In this document: piece by piece, positions 42,738-53,411 of the stretch
How the letters are laid out: each line of letters opens with the position of its first letter
How positions within the stretch are numbered: position 1 is the stretch's first letter
Sequence record: MT682711.1
Strand: one strand, 5' to 3'
Origin: Escherichia phage vB_EcoM_FB
Length of the DNA: 64,000 nt
Made by a program: the position numbers and the translations under genes
Notes under the pieces: generated by a model
Told to the model about the DNA's origin: nothing
What the model saw: only the letters and a program-made list of their open reading frames with translations
Database searches by the model: none

Positions 42738-43028
42738 TCATTTGCACTTCCCCTCTTTTAGTCCAGAACGATAATAACATAACATAGATTTCTGGTCTTG
42801 TACATATCTTTTTACGTCATTCAACCAAATACGATGTTCTTGGGAGTCTTCGAAAGGCATTCCAACCCAGGCCTTACCGTCGATTACCTTAACCTGCCAT
42901 TTAACATTATGTTCGGCGATAGGTTGTGGCCATGAAGGATGCAGTTGTTGCTTAGGCACTACAGGGATGTCCTGGGCACATCCAACTAACAAGCCAATAG
43001 ATAATACTACCGCAGATAATTTAATCAT
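42738..43028 (-). CDS. o-spanin (outer-membrane lipoprotein, Rz1-like)
   Basis: Signal peptide with lipobox LLVGC; 96 aa; directly downstream of an i-spanin-like gene. Confidence 0.7.
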   Translation of the reverse strand: MIKLSAVVLSIGLLVGCAQDIPVVPKQQLHPSWPQPIAEHNVKWQVKVIDGKAWVGMPFEDSQEHRIWLNDVKRYVQDQKSMLCYYRSGLKEGKCK

Positions 43029-43378
43029 TCTGTAATGCTCCTGAAGTCTTGGGCAAAGGAATCGAAGGACTTGTTGATTTGTTTTTCGACCAATCCTGGC
43101 TTACTTGCCACCACGTGCGCCTTCTTCGAATCTTTACGGAGCTTTTCATTTTCTACCTTAATTTTATCCATTCGGGCATTCATTTCAGTAGTACGGAATT
43201 CAATATCCGAGTATTGGCCACGTAGGTCCTCTACGGCTTCGGCATTCTGTTTGGCCGTTTGCTGGGTAGTTTTCAGTTCTTCAGTAAGGGTATCAATACG
43301 ACTTGATTGATACGAAATAAAACCGTAAGCACCTACTGCAATGGCTCCAGCTAAAAGGTAAATACTTAATTTAGACAT
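43025..43378 (-). CDS. i-spanin (Rz-like)
   Basis: N-terminal transmembrane segment IYLLAGAIAVGAYGFISY followed by a charged coiled-coil region; 117 aa. Confidence 0.7.
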   Translation of the reverse strand: MSKLSIYLLAGAIAVGAYGFISYQSSRIDTLTEELKTTQQTAKQNAEAVEDLRGQYSDIEFRTTEMNARMDKIKVENEKLRKDSKKAHVVASKPGLVEKQINKSFDSFAQDFRSITE

Positions 43379-43866
43379 TTGGTAATAATCTCGATGATGT
43401 CATCACGTGACAGGGAATTAATAAGAACTGTTTTAGGATTTTCACACTGAATTTTGTACGTTTCGAACATAAAACACAATTCTTCAGCGGTATGGTAAGG
43501 ACTTGAAATGCCAAGGCGATTAAACTTGTCGCTTAATGGGTCACAAATCAAATAGAAAGTGATGCCTGAGATTTTAACATTAGGTTGGCTAATATTAATG
43601 AACACCTCGGCATCGTACTTGGAAAGGTTGTTTCGGAGAAACTCGACCATAGAGTTAACAGCTTGAGGCATTGCTTCACGCTTTTCTTCAGCGTAACGGG
43701 TAGAGTATTCTTTTTGCTTGATTTTCTTTTTAGCATTTTTAGCTAAAGTAACACGAAGATCGGTCAGGTAACCTACTGCACGAGAACCTTTAAAAACTTG
43801 GATGCCGTCAGTAGAGTCACCAAAAGCCTTAACAACCATTTCGTTAGTAATCATTTGCATATTCAT
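43366..43866 (-). CDS. alc: Alc-like protein (transcription unfolding on cytosine DNA), by position and size
   Basis: 166 aa; between the spanins and rnlA as in T4; cassette promoter upstream. Confidence 0.55.
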   Translation of the reverse strand: MNMQMITNEMVVKAFGDSTDGIQVFKGSRAVGYLTDLRVTLAKNAKKKIKQKEYSTRYAEEKREAMPQAVNSMVEFLRNNLSKYDAEVFINISQPNVKISGITFYLICDPLSDKFNRLGISSPYHTAEELCFMFETYKIQCENPKTVLINSLSRDDIIEIITKCLN

Positions 43867-43896
43867 TTTGTTTTCTCCTCATTAGTTGGTAAGTCT

Positions 43897-43925
43897 ATAC
43901 TAACACGTCATGAGGAGATGTAAAC
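43897..43925 (-). promoter_or_regulatory. early promoter cassette copy (GTTTAC -35, TAGTAT -10) overlapping the rnlA stop
   Basis: Minus strand GTTTAC...TAGTAT, leader CAACTAATGAGGAGAAAACAAAATG. Confidence 0.55.
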
Positions 43926-45073
43926 TACTCTACCACAATTTCTTTCAAATATTTTTCAGGGATTTGGGCCTTATGATTTTTCAAGAACACAGAGTTAATC
44001 TGGTCCATGACCGTATCATAATTAATACCGCCTACGTACGCCTGCATAAGAATAGAGAACAACCCTGGGAAGTCCTTAAGGATTAGCTGTCCAGTAACGG
44101 CATAGTCTTTACGGTCGCGACCTTTGAGTTGAGAGTAAGCTGCTTCTAACAAGGCTAATGATTGTTCTAGGTAATCTAAATGGATGCGTTCAAAGGCATC
44201 GATTTTCTCGATAGCAAAGGAATCTGTACTGAACAGACCACGAAGGTCATCAGTTCCACCAGCCACTACAACTTCAAACAAACGTTCGTTGTTGTTAATG
44301 GAATCTTTGGTATGATGCAGTGCACTGTACCAGGCGGTTTTGAGTTTAAAGAACGTACCATCTTTCAGTACAAAGATGAAACCTTCAATGCCTTCCTGCT
44401 TACGGATGTTTTCTACGAAATCGCCCTCAGCGAGCTCATAACTTTCAACCAAATGTTTACGCAGTGCACTGTCCTTAAACAGCTCGGTATACGGAACATA
44501 TTCACCCGTTTCATTATTACGAACGTTCAACAGGATGAGGTTCGTTTCTTGGTAAGCCAGCACAATACGGTTAGTAGGTGCAACATATTCAAGGTTGCAG
44601 GTATACCCAGCTTTGGTGATTTCTTCTAGACGTGCGGCAAAAGCCTCGTTCTCAGGGAGACGAAGGAACCGTAAAGAATCATGCACCATTGATGAATGGA
44701 TAGAGCCTTTAGATTTAACAGAAAGATACTGTCGGTCCATGAATGTAGAAATCAGAGAACCATCTTCCTTAGCCATTACGAGGTCAATATTTTCTGGTGA
44801 CAAATCTAGACCGATGGTCAGAGGGTTTTCGTCAAGGTTAAAGAACTTTTGCATAGGACGAGCAGCAATACGTACTGGACCGTTCTCGTCCATTTCAAAC
44901 ATAATGCCTCGGCACTCTAGTGCGCCGTCTTCCAACCAATCACTGTACGATGCATAGTTATAACTAAAGATGCGATAGTTGACTCCTAGCGCACTCTGAA
45001 AGTCTTTAAAGAAGAACTTAGATTTAGTCGAGTTTTTAACCAGGGCCATCAAGTTATCATATAATTCAATCAT
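43925..45073 (-). CDS. rnlA: RNA ligase 1 (Rnl1)
   Basis: 382 aa; adenylation motif KEDGSL; matches my recollection of T4 RnlA. Confidence 0.9.
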   Translation of the reverse strand: MIELYDNLMALVKNSTKSKFFFKDFQSALGVNYRIFSYNYASYSDWLEDGALECRGIMFEMDENGPVRIAARPMQKFFNLDENPLTIGLDLSPENIDLVMAKEDGSLISTFMDRQYLSVKSKGSIHSSMVHDSLRFLRLPENEAFAARLEEITKAGYTCNLEYVAPTNRIVLAYQETNLILLNVRNNETGEYVPYTELFKDSALRKHLVESYELAEGDFVENIRKQEGIEGFIFVLKDGTFFKLKTAWYSALHHTKDSINNNERLFEVVVAGGTDDLRGLFSTDSFAIEKIDAFERIHLDYLEQSLALLEAAYSQLKGRDRKDYAVTGQLILKDFPGLFSILMQAYVGGINYDTVMDQINSVFLKNHKAQIPEKYLKEIVVE

Positions 45074-45483
45074 TGCTTTATCCTATGTTGGGTATTCCAA
45101 GGTGGATTAAATTTCTTTATGAACATTGGCTCTTCAAGAGACATGGTCTCAACTGACATAGTTCCAAGTTCGTTAGTCATCGACAGATTAAAGCACTGCC
45201 GTGCATAGAACTCTACCTTTTTACCTGCCATTAATGCTTCATGAATCAGAATGGACTTGGTCGAATCTGACGTTTGGTCCTTACGATTAATAGCGGTTCG
45301 GTAGTAGTTGATGCGCTTACGAAGATTTTTAGTCTTCCCGATGTAGACTAGTATATCATCAACCGCTATAGCATATATGACATTTTGTTTATTTGGTACT
45401 GTGAGTGGAGCAATGCTGGCGTCATCTTGGAGTTCTAGGGTGACGTACTTGATAAAGCTAAATTCGTCTGCGATTTCTTTCAT
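45070..45483 (-). CDS. denA: endonuclease II (DenA)
   Basis: Start re-set to ATG 45483 (track ORF starts earlier); 137 aa, T4 DenA about 136; VIYAIAVDDILVYIGKTKNLRKRINYYR conserved. Confidence 0.85.
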   Translation of the reverse strand: MKEIADEFSFIKYVTLELQDDASIAPLTVPNKQNVIYAIAVDDILVYIGKTKNLRKRINYYRTAINRKDQTSDSTKSILIHEALMAGKKVEFYARQCFNLSMTNELGTMSVETMSLEEPMFIKKFNPPWNTQHRIKQ

Positions 45484-45510
45484 AGCAATAAGGGGCCGAA
45501 GCCCCATTCC

Positions 45511-46689
45511 TTAAAAATATTTCTTGTACGATGCCATTACTTTTTCATCGACATCGTTATCAATTTGTGCTACAAGGTAAGAACTGATTTCCACTTCCTG
45601 AGGAGCAGCCTGTACAGCATCAGAGTTCAGGTATTCGCGAATCCAAGGATAAGGATGGCGGGCAGGAGCATCAGTAATAGGACACGGTAAGCCACATTGC
45701 TTCATACGAGAAACTGTCAGGTAATCGACAAAAGCACCCATGTTCTGAGTATTTAATCCAGGGCAAGTACCATCTTTGAACAGGTGAGCAGCCCATTCTT
45801 TTTCTTGACGGTTAACTTCCATGAAAATATCAACTGCTTCTTGTTCACACTCTTGAGCAATTTTAACCCATTCGTCACCGTCAGTACCAAGTTGGAGTTG
45901 ACGAATAATGTACTGAGTACCTTTAAGGTGAAGCTGTTCATCACGTGCAATGAACTTCATAATCTTAGCATTACCTTCCATGATTTCCATGTTTTTATGG
46001 AAGTTAAAGGTGCATGCGAAAGATACATAAAAACGAATAGCTTCCAATGCGTTGATTACATGAAGGCAAAGGTAAAGGGATTTCATTAGCTCACGCTTCC
46101 AATACATCTCATGCTCAATAGCATCTTCAATATCGTCTTCGTCTGCATTAATTTCTTTTTGGTATTCGATATCAGCTTTAGCATTCTGCCAATAGCGAGT
46201 TTTCTCAATAACGTCGTCGTAATAACGACCAATAGATTCAGCACGTTTCATAATAGCGTCATCTAACAGAATTTCATCAAATACCTTTGACGGGTCTGTA
46301 TAGAGGTTACGCATGATATGGGTATATGAACGAGAGTGAATAGTCTCACTAAAGGTCCATGTAGCCACCCATGTATCAAGGCTAGGGTCTGAAATCAAGG
46401 CTTGAAGTGCAGCAGAAGGAGCACGTCCTTGGATACTATCCAGAAGTGATTGATACTTCAGGTTATTGGTAAAAATATTTTGTTGGAATTGTGGAAGCTT
46501 ATTAAATTGAGCAGCATCCATCATCAAGTTGACTTCTTCTGGACGCCAGAAAAAACTCAACTGCTTTTCACAAAGCTCTTCGAATACTTTATGACGTTGG
46601 ATATCATAACGGGCAATACCCAATCCTGAACCAAAGAACATCGGCTCGACTAAAACATCAACTGGGGTGGTATTAAAAACTGTAGACAT
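45511..46689 (-). CDS. nrdB: ribonucleotide reductase beta subunit, uninterrupted
   Basis: Start re-set to ATG 46689 (MSTVFNTTPVD...); continuous ORF with no intron-like interruption. Confidence 0.95.
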   Translation of the reverse strand: MSTVFNTTPVDVLVEPMFFGSGLGIARYDIQRHKVFEELCEKQLSFFWRPEEVNLMMDAAQFNKLPQFQQNIFTNNLKYQSLLDSIQGRAPSAALQALISDPSLDTWVATWTFSETIHSRSYTHIMRNLYTDPSKVFDEILLDDAIMKRAESIGRYYDDVIEKTRYWQNAKADIEYQKEINADEDDIEDAIEHEMYWKRELMKSLYLCLHVINALEAIRFYVSFACTFNFHKNMEIMEGNAKIMKFIARDEQLHLKGTQYIIRQLQLGTDGDEWVKIAQECEQEAVDIFMEVNRQEKEWAAHLFKDGTCPGLNTQNMGAFVDYLTVSRMKQCGLPCPITDAPARHPYPWIREYLNSDAVQAAPQEVEISSYLVAQIDNDVDEKVMASYKKYF

Positions 46690-46742
46690 ATTATTCTCAT
46701 TTGTTAGTGACTCATCCATGAGTCAATTATAATCAGATTTTA

Positions 46743-48998
46743 TTAAAGCTTACATGCTGCACAATCGTCGGCTTTAGGAGTTTCGATTTCGTAGTCATCA
46801 GTACCAGAGCCATCACGGGTATTATGATAGTAAAGGTTCTTACCACCGTAGTACCAGAAATACAGCAGGTCATCAAGCATTACCGACATCGGAACTTTTC
46901 CTTTTGGAAAAATCTGTGGGTCATAATATGTATTAGCTGATGCCGATTGACACACCCATTTCAACGCTATTGCCACTTGGGTAAGATAAGGTTTATTACC
47001 TTTCTTAGCGAGGCTCCAAGCGTAATCGTAGAGTCCTTGGTTATGTTCTACATTAGGAACTACCTGACGGAAGTTACCTTCTTTAGATTCTTTAATACTT
47101 ACCGGACCACGTGGAGGTTCGATACCGTTTGTAGAGTTGGAAACCTGGCTGCTTGATTCACACGGCATAAGTGCTGATAATGTGCTATTACGGATGCCAT
47201 GTTTAGCCAAGTCTTCCCGCAACGACGTCCAGTCACAAATATAGTTAGGGGCTGCGATTTGGTCAATCTTTTTATTGTACCAGTCGATAGGTAATTCGCC
47301 TCGAGACCATTTAGTGTCTGAATAATACTCGCAATGTCCTTTTTCTTCGGCCAGCTTGATGGATGCTCGGATAAGTCCATATTGTAATCTCTCAAACAAT
47401 TCATGAGTTAAATCGTTAGCGTCTTCATAAGAAGCAAAGTTGCTTGCTAACCAAGCGGCGTAGTTCGTAACACCAACACCCAGGTTACGACGTTTCTTAG
47501 CCTTCAGAGCTTCAGGAACAGGATAATCTTGATAGTCCAACAGGTTATCAAGTGCACGTACTTGTACTTCAGCCAGCTCGTTGATTTTGTCTTGGTCCTG
47601 CCAATCGAAGTTATCCAATACGAATGCAGACAACGTACACAAACCAATTTCAGCGTCAGGACTATTCACGTCAGTAGTCGGGATAGCAATTTCACAACAC
47701 AAGTTGCTCTGGCGAATAGGAGCTTTCTCACGAATAAATGGTGTGAAGTTGTTAGTGTTATCAACGAATTGAGGATAAATTCGTGCAGTGCCTGAACGTT
47801 CAGTCATGAACAATTCAAAGAGGTCACGTGCTTTAATACGTTTCTTACGAATACTAGGGTCTTTTTCTGCCGCTTCATACAATTCACGGAAACGGTCTTG
47901 GTCTTCGAAATAAGAATAGTAAAGCTCACCACCCATTTCATGAGGACTAAACAACGTGATGTAATCATTTTTACCGAAACGTTCCATCATAAGGTCGTTC
48001 ATCTGGATTCCGTAGTCCATATGGCGAATACGGTTCTCATCGACACCTTTGTTGTTTTTCAGAACGAGCAGATTTTCAACTTCCAAATGCCAAATAGGAT
48101 AATAAGCAGTAGCAGCGCCGCCACGGATTCCACCTTGTGAACATGATTTAACAGCAGTCTGGAAATGTTTCCAGAATGGAATAACACCGGTATGCTTGAC
48201 TTCGCCCATGCCAATACGAGAACCTTCAGCACGAATCATACCAACGTTGATACCAATACCGGCACGTTTAGAAATGTATTCAATTATTGAGTTAGCAGTT
48301 TTGTTAATAGATTTCAGTGAGTCGCCTGCTTCAATAACCACACAAGAACTAAATTGACGGGTTGGTGTACGTGCTCCAGCCATAATAGGAGTTGGTAATG
48401 AAACCTGACGGGTACTTACAGCATCATAAAAACGAATAATATGTGCTAAACGATTACCTGGCTCGTCTTGGTGTAAGGCCATACCAATACACATGATAGC
48501 GAACTGAGGGGTTTCGTAGATTTTACCGGTTGTTTTATCTTTAACCAGATATTTCTCTTTAAGCTGCATCGCACCAGCATAAGTCAATTCGAAATCGCGT
48601 TCATGCTTTATATGAGATTCTAAGAAAGTAATTTCTTCTGCAGAATATCGAGACAACAATTCAGGGTCATATTTACCTTCGTTAACACAATAGGAAATAT
48701 GGTCGATAAAGCTACGTGGTTCGAACTGCCCATAAACTTCTTTACGCAGTGCAAACATCAATTCTTTTGCAGCAACATATTGGTAATCAGGCTCTTCAAC
48801 CGAGATAAGGTTGGCTGCTACCTTAACAGTCAGATTTTGGATATCTTTGGTAGTCATACCGTCACGAAGATGGGATTTGATTTCTTCGTATAATTCATAG
48901 GGGTCGATTTGGGTTCCTTCACAGCCCCAAGTCAGAACTTTAATAATTTTTTGTGCGTCAAAATCTTGGGATACACCACTACTTTTTTGTACTTGCAT
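46743..48998 (-). CDS. nrdA: ribonucleotide reductase alpha subunit
   Basis: 751 aa (T4 about 754); GAGGAAA SD. Confidence 0.95.
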   Translation of the reverse strand: MQVQKSSGVSQDFDAQKIIKVLTWGCEGTQIDPYELYEEIKSHLRDGMTTKDIQNLTVKVAANLISVEEPDYQYVAAKELMFALRKEVYGQFEPRSFIDHISYCVNEGKYDPELLSRYSAEEITFLESHIKHERDFELTYAGAMQLKEKYLVKDKTTGKIYETPQFAIMCIGMALHQDEPGNRLAHIIRFYDAVSTRQVSLPTPIMAGARTPTRQFSSCVVIEAGDSLKSINKTANSIIEYISKRAGIGINVGMIRAEGSRIGMGEVKHTGVIPFWKHFQTAVKSCSQGGIRGGAATAYYPIWHLEVENLLVLKNNKGVDENRIRHMDYGIQMNDLMMERFGKNDYITLFSPHEMGGELYYSYFEDQDRFRELYEAAEKDPSIRKKRIKARDLFELFMTERSGTARIYPQFVDNTNNFTPFIREKAPIRQSNLCCEIAIPTTDVNSPDAEIGLCTLSAFVLDNFDWQDQDKINELAEVQVRALDNLLDYQDYPVPEALKAKKRRNLGVGVTNYAAWLASNFASYEDANDLTHELFERLQYGLIRASIKLAEEKGHCEYYSDTKWSRGELPIDWYNKKIDQIAAPNYICDWTSLREDLAKHGIRNSTLSALMPCESSSQVSNSTNGIEPPRGPVSIKESKEGNFRQVVPNVEHNQGLYDYAWSLAKKGNKPYLTQVAIALKWVCQSASANTYYDPQIFPKGKVPMSVMLDDLLYFWYYGGKNLYYHNTRDGSGTDDYEIETPKADDCAACKL

Positions 48999-49061
48999 AA
49001 TTTCCTCAATATGTTAGGTTCTATAATTATTCTATCATAGAACCTGTTAAGCATGGACTGA

Positions 49062-49069
49062 TATTTATA
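49062..49069 (-). promoter_or_regulatory. late-promoter consensus TATAAATA on minus strand upstream of nrdA
   Basis: Reverse complement is exact TATAAATA; followed by 9-bp perfect stem AGGTTCTAT/ATAGAACCT (49016-49045) in the nrdA leader. Confidence 0.4.
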
Positions 49070-49358
49070 GGTCTTCTAATGAGAACGTGTCTTTGAAAAG
49101 TTTGTTAACAACCAGGGCTATCACATCCCCATGACAGTCCTTAGGTTTACAGGTACACGCTATACGCATACCTCTAAGGGTTTCAAGATGTTCTCTTTTA
49201 ATTTCGCCCGATTTTATTTTAGCAATAAAGTATTCTTTAAAGTTCTTGATGTTTTCCTCGCGGGTTCCATCTTTAAATGGATTACCCCACATAGTTCCAC
49301 GTTGGATATTGACATCAAAGTCTTCTTTATACTTGTTAACAACTCTGCAAACTCTCAT
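49065..49358 (-). CDS. DUF4326-like small protein (nrdA.1 slot)
   Basis: VVNKYKEDFDVNIQRGTMWGNPF and CTCKPKDCHGDVIAL resemble the DUF4326 signature as I recall it; ATG 49358 chosen, track ORF extends to 49484 overlapping td. Confidence 0.4.
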   Translation of the reverse strand: MRVCRVVNKYKEDFDVNIQRGTMWGNPFKDGTREENIKNFKEYFIAKIKSGEIKREHLETLRGMRIACTCKPKDCHGDVIALVVNKLFKDTFSLEDL

Positions 49359-49419
49359 TATAGCACCAAATTCAGCCCAACCATAATAACCAAAAACAGA
49401 GTACAGATTATTTGAATTT

Positions 49420-50279
49420 TCATACAGCCATTTTAGCCTTAATAGTAGGGTGGGACTCGTAACCAATGAGTTTAAAATCTTCATGGACCATATGCTCTGT
49501 TACCCAATGAAGCTGTAATGTCGTGCTCCAATCAGAGAATCCTTCAGGCCATTTAATTTCCAGTTCACACAGTTCTTTAGGTTCGCGACGAAGAACTTCC
49601 TGGCATTGTTCAACGTGGTTAGAATAGATGTGCGTATTGCCGCCTGAGAACACTAAATCACCTGGAATAAGATTACACATCTTAGCTACAATATACACAA
49701 GAGCGGCGTAAGAGGCGATATTAAATGGCAATCCTAAGAACACGTCAACAGAACGCTGGTACCACTGGAGGTCAAGATGACCATTACGGACGTTGAACTG
49801 GTAAAAACAATGGCATGGCGGAAGAGCCATCTGGTTAATTTCAGCCGGGTTCCATGCTGATACGATTTGACGACGGTCATTAGGCATTTTCTTAATGCGT
49901 TCGACAATCTCTACAACCTGGTCGATACCACCAAAATCTCGCCATTGTTTCCCGTATACAGGACCCAGTTCGCCATCAGAATATCCCAAATCAACTGCTT
50001 GATTTTCATAATTCTCGTCCCAAATAGTTTTGCCTTCAGTGCGTGAACCGTGAGTACGATGACGTAGGTCATTAACGTTGGTTGAACCCGACAAGAACCA
50101 AAGGAGCTCGGCAATACAGGCTTTCCATGCTAATTTTTTAGTTGTTACTGCTGGGAAGCCCTTAGTTAAATCGAAACGCAATTTAGTACCGAACAATGCA
50201 ATTGTACCGGTGCCGGTACGGTCGTCAGTTTCGTAGCCATTTTCCAGGATATCTTTAATTAAAAATTGGTATTGTTTCA

Positions 50280-50280
<1 letters not shown>
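49420..50280 (-). CDS. td: thymidylate synthase, uninterrupted
   Basis: Start re-set to ATG 50280; 286 aa, as I recall the spliced T4 TS; active-site PPCH present; no intron. Confidence 0.95.
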
Positions 50281-51311
<1,031 letters not shown>

Positions 51312-51336
51312 TTTATTCTCCTTAGTTGATAAGGCT

Positions 51337-51366
51337 ATAGTATCACTACCATAGCCTGGTGTAAAC
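51337..51366 (-). promoter_or_regulatory. early promoter cassette copy (GTTTAC -35, TACTAT -10)
   Basis: Minus strand GTTTAC...GATACTAT; inverted repeat GGCTAT/ATAGCC around the -10. Confidence 0.55.
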
Positions 51367-51594
51367 TTATTTTTGAATTAAGCCCATATAAAATTTAGCG
51401 TCTTCCGGGTGCATACCGTCACAATACTCGTCAGCCATAAAGCGGGTAAGGTCTTCAAGAGGACCTTGGACTTCAATTTGCATACTACAGAATTGGGTAT
51501 CTTTAATATGGGTCATAACTAAAGAAGGATAACGATTACGGATAACTTCGTAAGTGTATTCAAAATCAACGATATCAATATTAACCTTAGCCAT
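51367..51594 (-). CDS. hypothetical protein (75 aa, frd.x slot)
   Basis: ATG 51594 after GAGGAA SD of cassette leader; the track start at 51612 is the ATG embedded in the leader. Confidence 0.5.
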   Translation of the reverse strand: MAKVNIDIVDFEYTYEVIRNRYPSLVMTHIKDTQFCSMQIEVQGPLEDLTRFMADEYCDGMHPEDAKFYMGLIQK

Positions 51595-51626
51595 TTTATT
51601 TTCCTCACTCATTAGTTGATAGGTCT

Positions 51627-51655
51627 ATAGTATCATGTTTAAAGGCATTGTAAAC
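51627..51655 (-). promoter_or_regulatory. early promoter cassette copy (GTTTAC -35, TGATACTAT -10)
   Basis: Minus strand GTTTACAATGCCTTTAAACATGATACTAT. Confidence 0.6.
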
Positions 51656-51657
51656 AC

Positions 51658-51918
51658 TTATTTTTGAATTTTATCAAGCCATTTACCAAGCTTAATCATT
51701 TCTTTGGTAGCTTTTTCCATACTTCTAAATTTAACCAGTAAAGGTTGGGCATCAACACCCATAACTAAGGTGGTTACAAGACTATGTTCACCTACAAGCC
51801 ATAATGAATAAGTTTGGATATCGAGCCCGTAATTTCGGTCTTTATGAACTCGTACACCCATCACTTCAAATTTCTCACTGGCTTTTTCTACTGCATCCAG
51901 GAAATCATCTTTAGTCAT
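51658..51918 (-). CDS. hypothetical protein (86 aa, frd.x slot)
   Basis: ATG 51918 directly after upstream stop (TAATATG); track ORF starts at TTG 51930. Confidence 0.45.
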   Translation of the reverse strand: MTKDDFLDAVEKASEKFEVMGVRVHKDRNYGLDIQTYSLWLVGEHSLVTTLVMGVDAQPLLVKFRSMEKATKEMIKLGKWLDKIQK

Positions 51919-51919
51919 A

Positions 51920-52291
51920 TTAAATTCCAAAGGTAGCTTTAATCAAGGCAATGACTTCCGCTGCATTTTTGTGATTAACCTGCACATGAATGGTTTGGGT
52001 ATCAACATCAGGAACATCGCCAACAACTTCCAGGAAGTGACAGAATTCCCATTCAGCGAGTTCAAAGTACTCATCAGGCCCACCCATACTATTCAGGATA
52101 GTGCCATCTTTCATTTCAACTTTTTCAACAAAATAATCACCTTCAATATAACTCATATCCAAGACTTTGAAGGAACTACCATGTTGTTCCATCAACTTGA
52201 CCATGCACGAATTATAATTGTCATCAGGACTACCAGCGATGAAACGTTTTTTAGCAGCAGGGTCTAATACGTAAATTTTACCAGTTTCCAT
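51920..52291 (-). CDS. hypothetical protein (123 aa, frd.x slot)
   Basis: ATG 52291 preceded by cassette leader ...CATGAGGAAATAAAAATG. Confidence 0.55.
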   Translation of the reverse strand: METGKIYVLDPAAKKRFIAGSPDDNYNSCMVKLMEQHGSSFKVLDMSYIEGDYFVEKVEMKDGTILNSMGGPDEYFELAEWEFCHFLEVVGDVPDVDTQTIHVQVNHKNAAEVIALIKATFGI

Positions 52292-52320
52292 TTTTATTTC
52301 CTCATGTAGTTGATAGGTCT

Positions 52321-52349
52321 ATAGTATCATGTTTAAAGGGGTTGTAAAC
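52321..52349 (-). promoter_or_regulatory. early promoter cassette copy (GTTTAC -35, TGATACTAT -10)
   Basis: Minus strand GTTTACAACCCCTTTAAACATGATACTAT, directly downstream of the gene 32 terminator. Confidence 0.6.
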
Positions 52350-52364
52350 CATTAAATGCCAAAA

Positions 52365-52386
52365 TGGGAAGACCGAAGTCTTCCCA
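52365..52386 (-). terminator. rho-independent terminator after gene 32
   Basis: TGGGAAGAC-TTCG-GTCTTCCCA followed on the minus strand by TTTTGGCATTT. Confidence 0.7.
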
Positions 52387-52401
52387 TTATAAATCAATAA
52401 C

Positions 52402-53313
52402 TTATAGACCAGCTAACAGGTCGTCCAGACCATCGTCATCAGAAGGACTTACTGACGGCTCAGGAGTAGTGGAACGAGCTGGTGTAGACGGTTTGGAGTC
52501 ATATGCATCAAGGTCTGCACTGAATGCGTCCAGGTCATCACCAATCTTATCAGCGGCTGCAGAAGCTTTAGCGGCAGCACCACCAAGAGCAGCTGTACCA
52601 ACAACTTTCTTAAACTTGGCTTCGTTAGTTTCAAAGGATTTGAATTCGAGCAGTTTAGAAAGGTCGTGCATTTCTTCCATCAATTTAGCTTGGTAAGCTT
52701 CATCATTGATGTTAGGAATTTCAGACTGACCCATGAATTTGGAATCGTCATAGTTCTTGAAGTCGCCAACTTTCTTAGATTTCAGTACGAAGTTCGCACC
52801 ATCAAACGGACATGTTACGTCAACCGGCACTTCACCAATATCGGTATCAACTTCAACCATCTGGTTGATTTTATCCATAATTTTCTGACCGAAACGGAAT
52901 TTAAACACTTTACCTTCGTTAGCAGGCACTGCACTATCCTTAATAACAAGGATGTTAGCCCAGAAGGAAGTTTTACGTTTCATCAGTTTGTATTCGGCAT
53001 TATTAGTATTAAAAGTATCGTTCTGGTTCATGTATTTACATACAGGACATGAATCGAAATCACCATGAGTAGACGTACATGATTCGATATACCACTGACC
53101 ATTTTTCTTAAAACCATGGTTAACAAGCTTAACGAATGGGGATGGATTAGCTTCGTTTTTCGAAGGAAGGAATCGAATAACTGCGGTTCCTACGCCATTG
53201 TCATCTTTCAATTTCCATTCGGATTTGTCATCAGACGAGAAAGAAGAGCCACCTTTCATTGCAGACAGTTGAGCAGCAAGTTCAGCAGGATTACGGCGTT
53301 TAAACATAGACAT
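52402..53313 (-). CDS. 32: single-stranded DNA-binding protein gp32
   Basis: 303 aa; matches my recollection of T4 gp32 including C-terminal [11 protein letters not shown]; AAGGT SD. Confidence 0.95.
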   Translation of the reverse strand: MSMFKRRNPAELAAQLSAMKGGSSFSSDDKSEWKLKDDNGVGTAVIRFLPSKNEANPSPFVKLVNHGFKKNGQWYIESCTSTHGDFDSCPVCKYMNQNDTFNTNNAEYKLMKRKTSFWANILVIKDSAVPANEGKVFKFRFGQKIMDKINQMVEVDTDIGEVPVDVTCPFDGANFVLKSKKVGDFKNYDDSKFMGQSEIPNINDEAYQAKLMEEMHDLSKLLEFKSFETNEAKFKKVVGTAALGGAAAKASAAADKIGDDLDAFSADLDAYDSKPSTPARSTTPEPSVSPSDDDGLDDLLAGL

Positions 53314-53365
53314 ATTATTTACCTTATTTGATATATTTAATAAATTTATTAACAGTTGTTGTTAT
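53314..53365 (-). promoter_or_regulatory. A/U-rich leader of gene 32 (candidate gp32 autoregulatory operator)
   Basis: Minus-strand leader ...AAATTTATTAAATATATCAAATAAGGTAAATAATATG is almost pure A/U, as in the T4 gene 32 operator. Confidence 0.5.
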
Positions 53366-53411
53366 CACGTTTACCTTGATAACTAGGTTTTGAAGATGAA
53401 GTAATTATATA

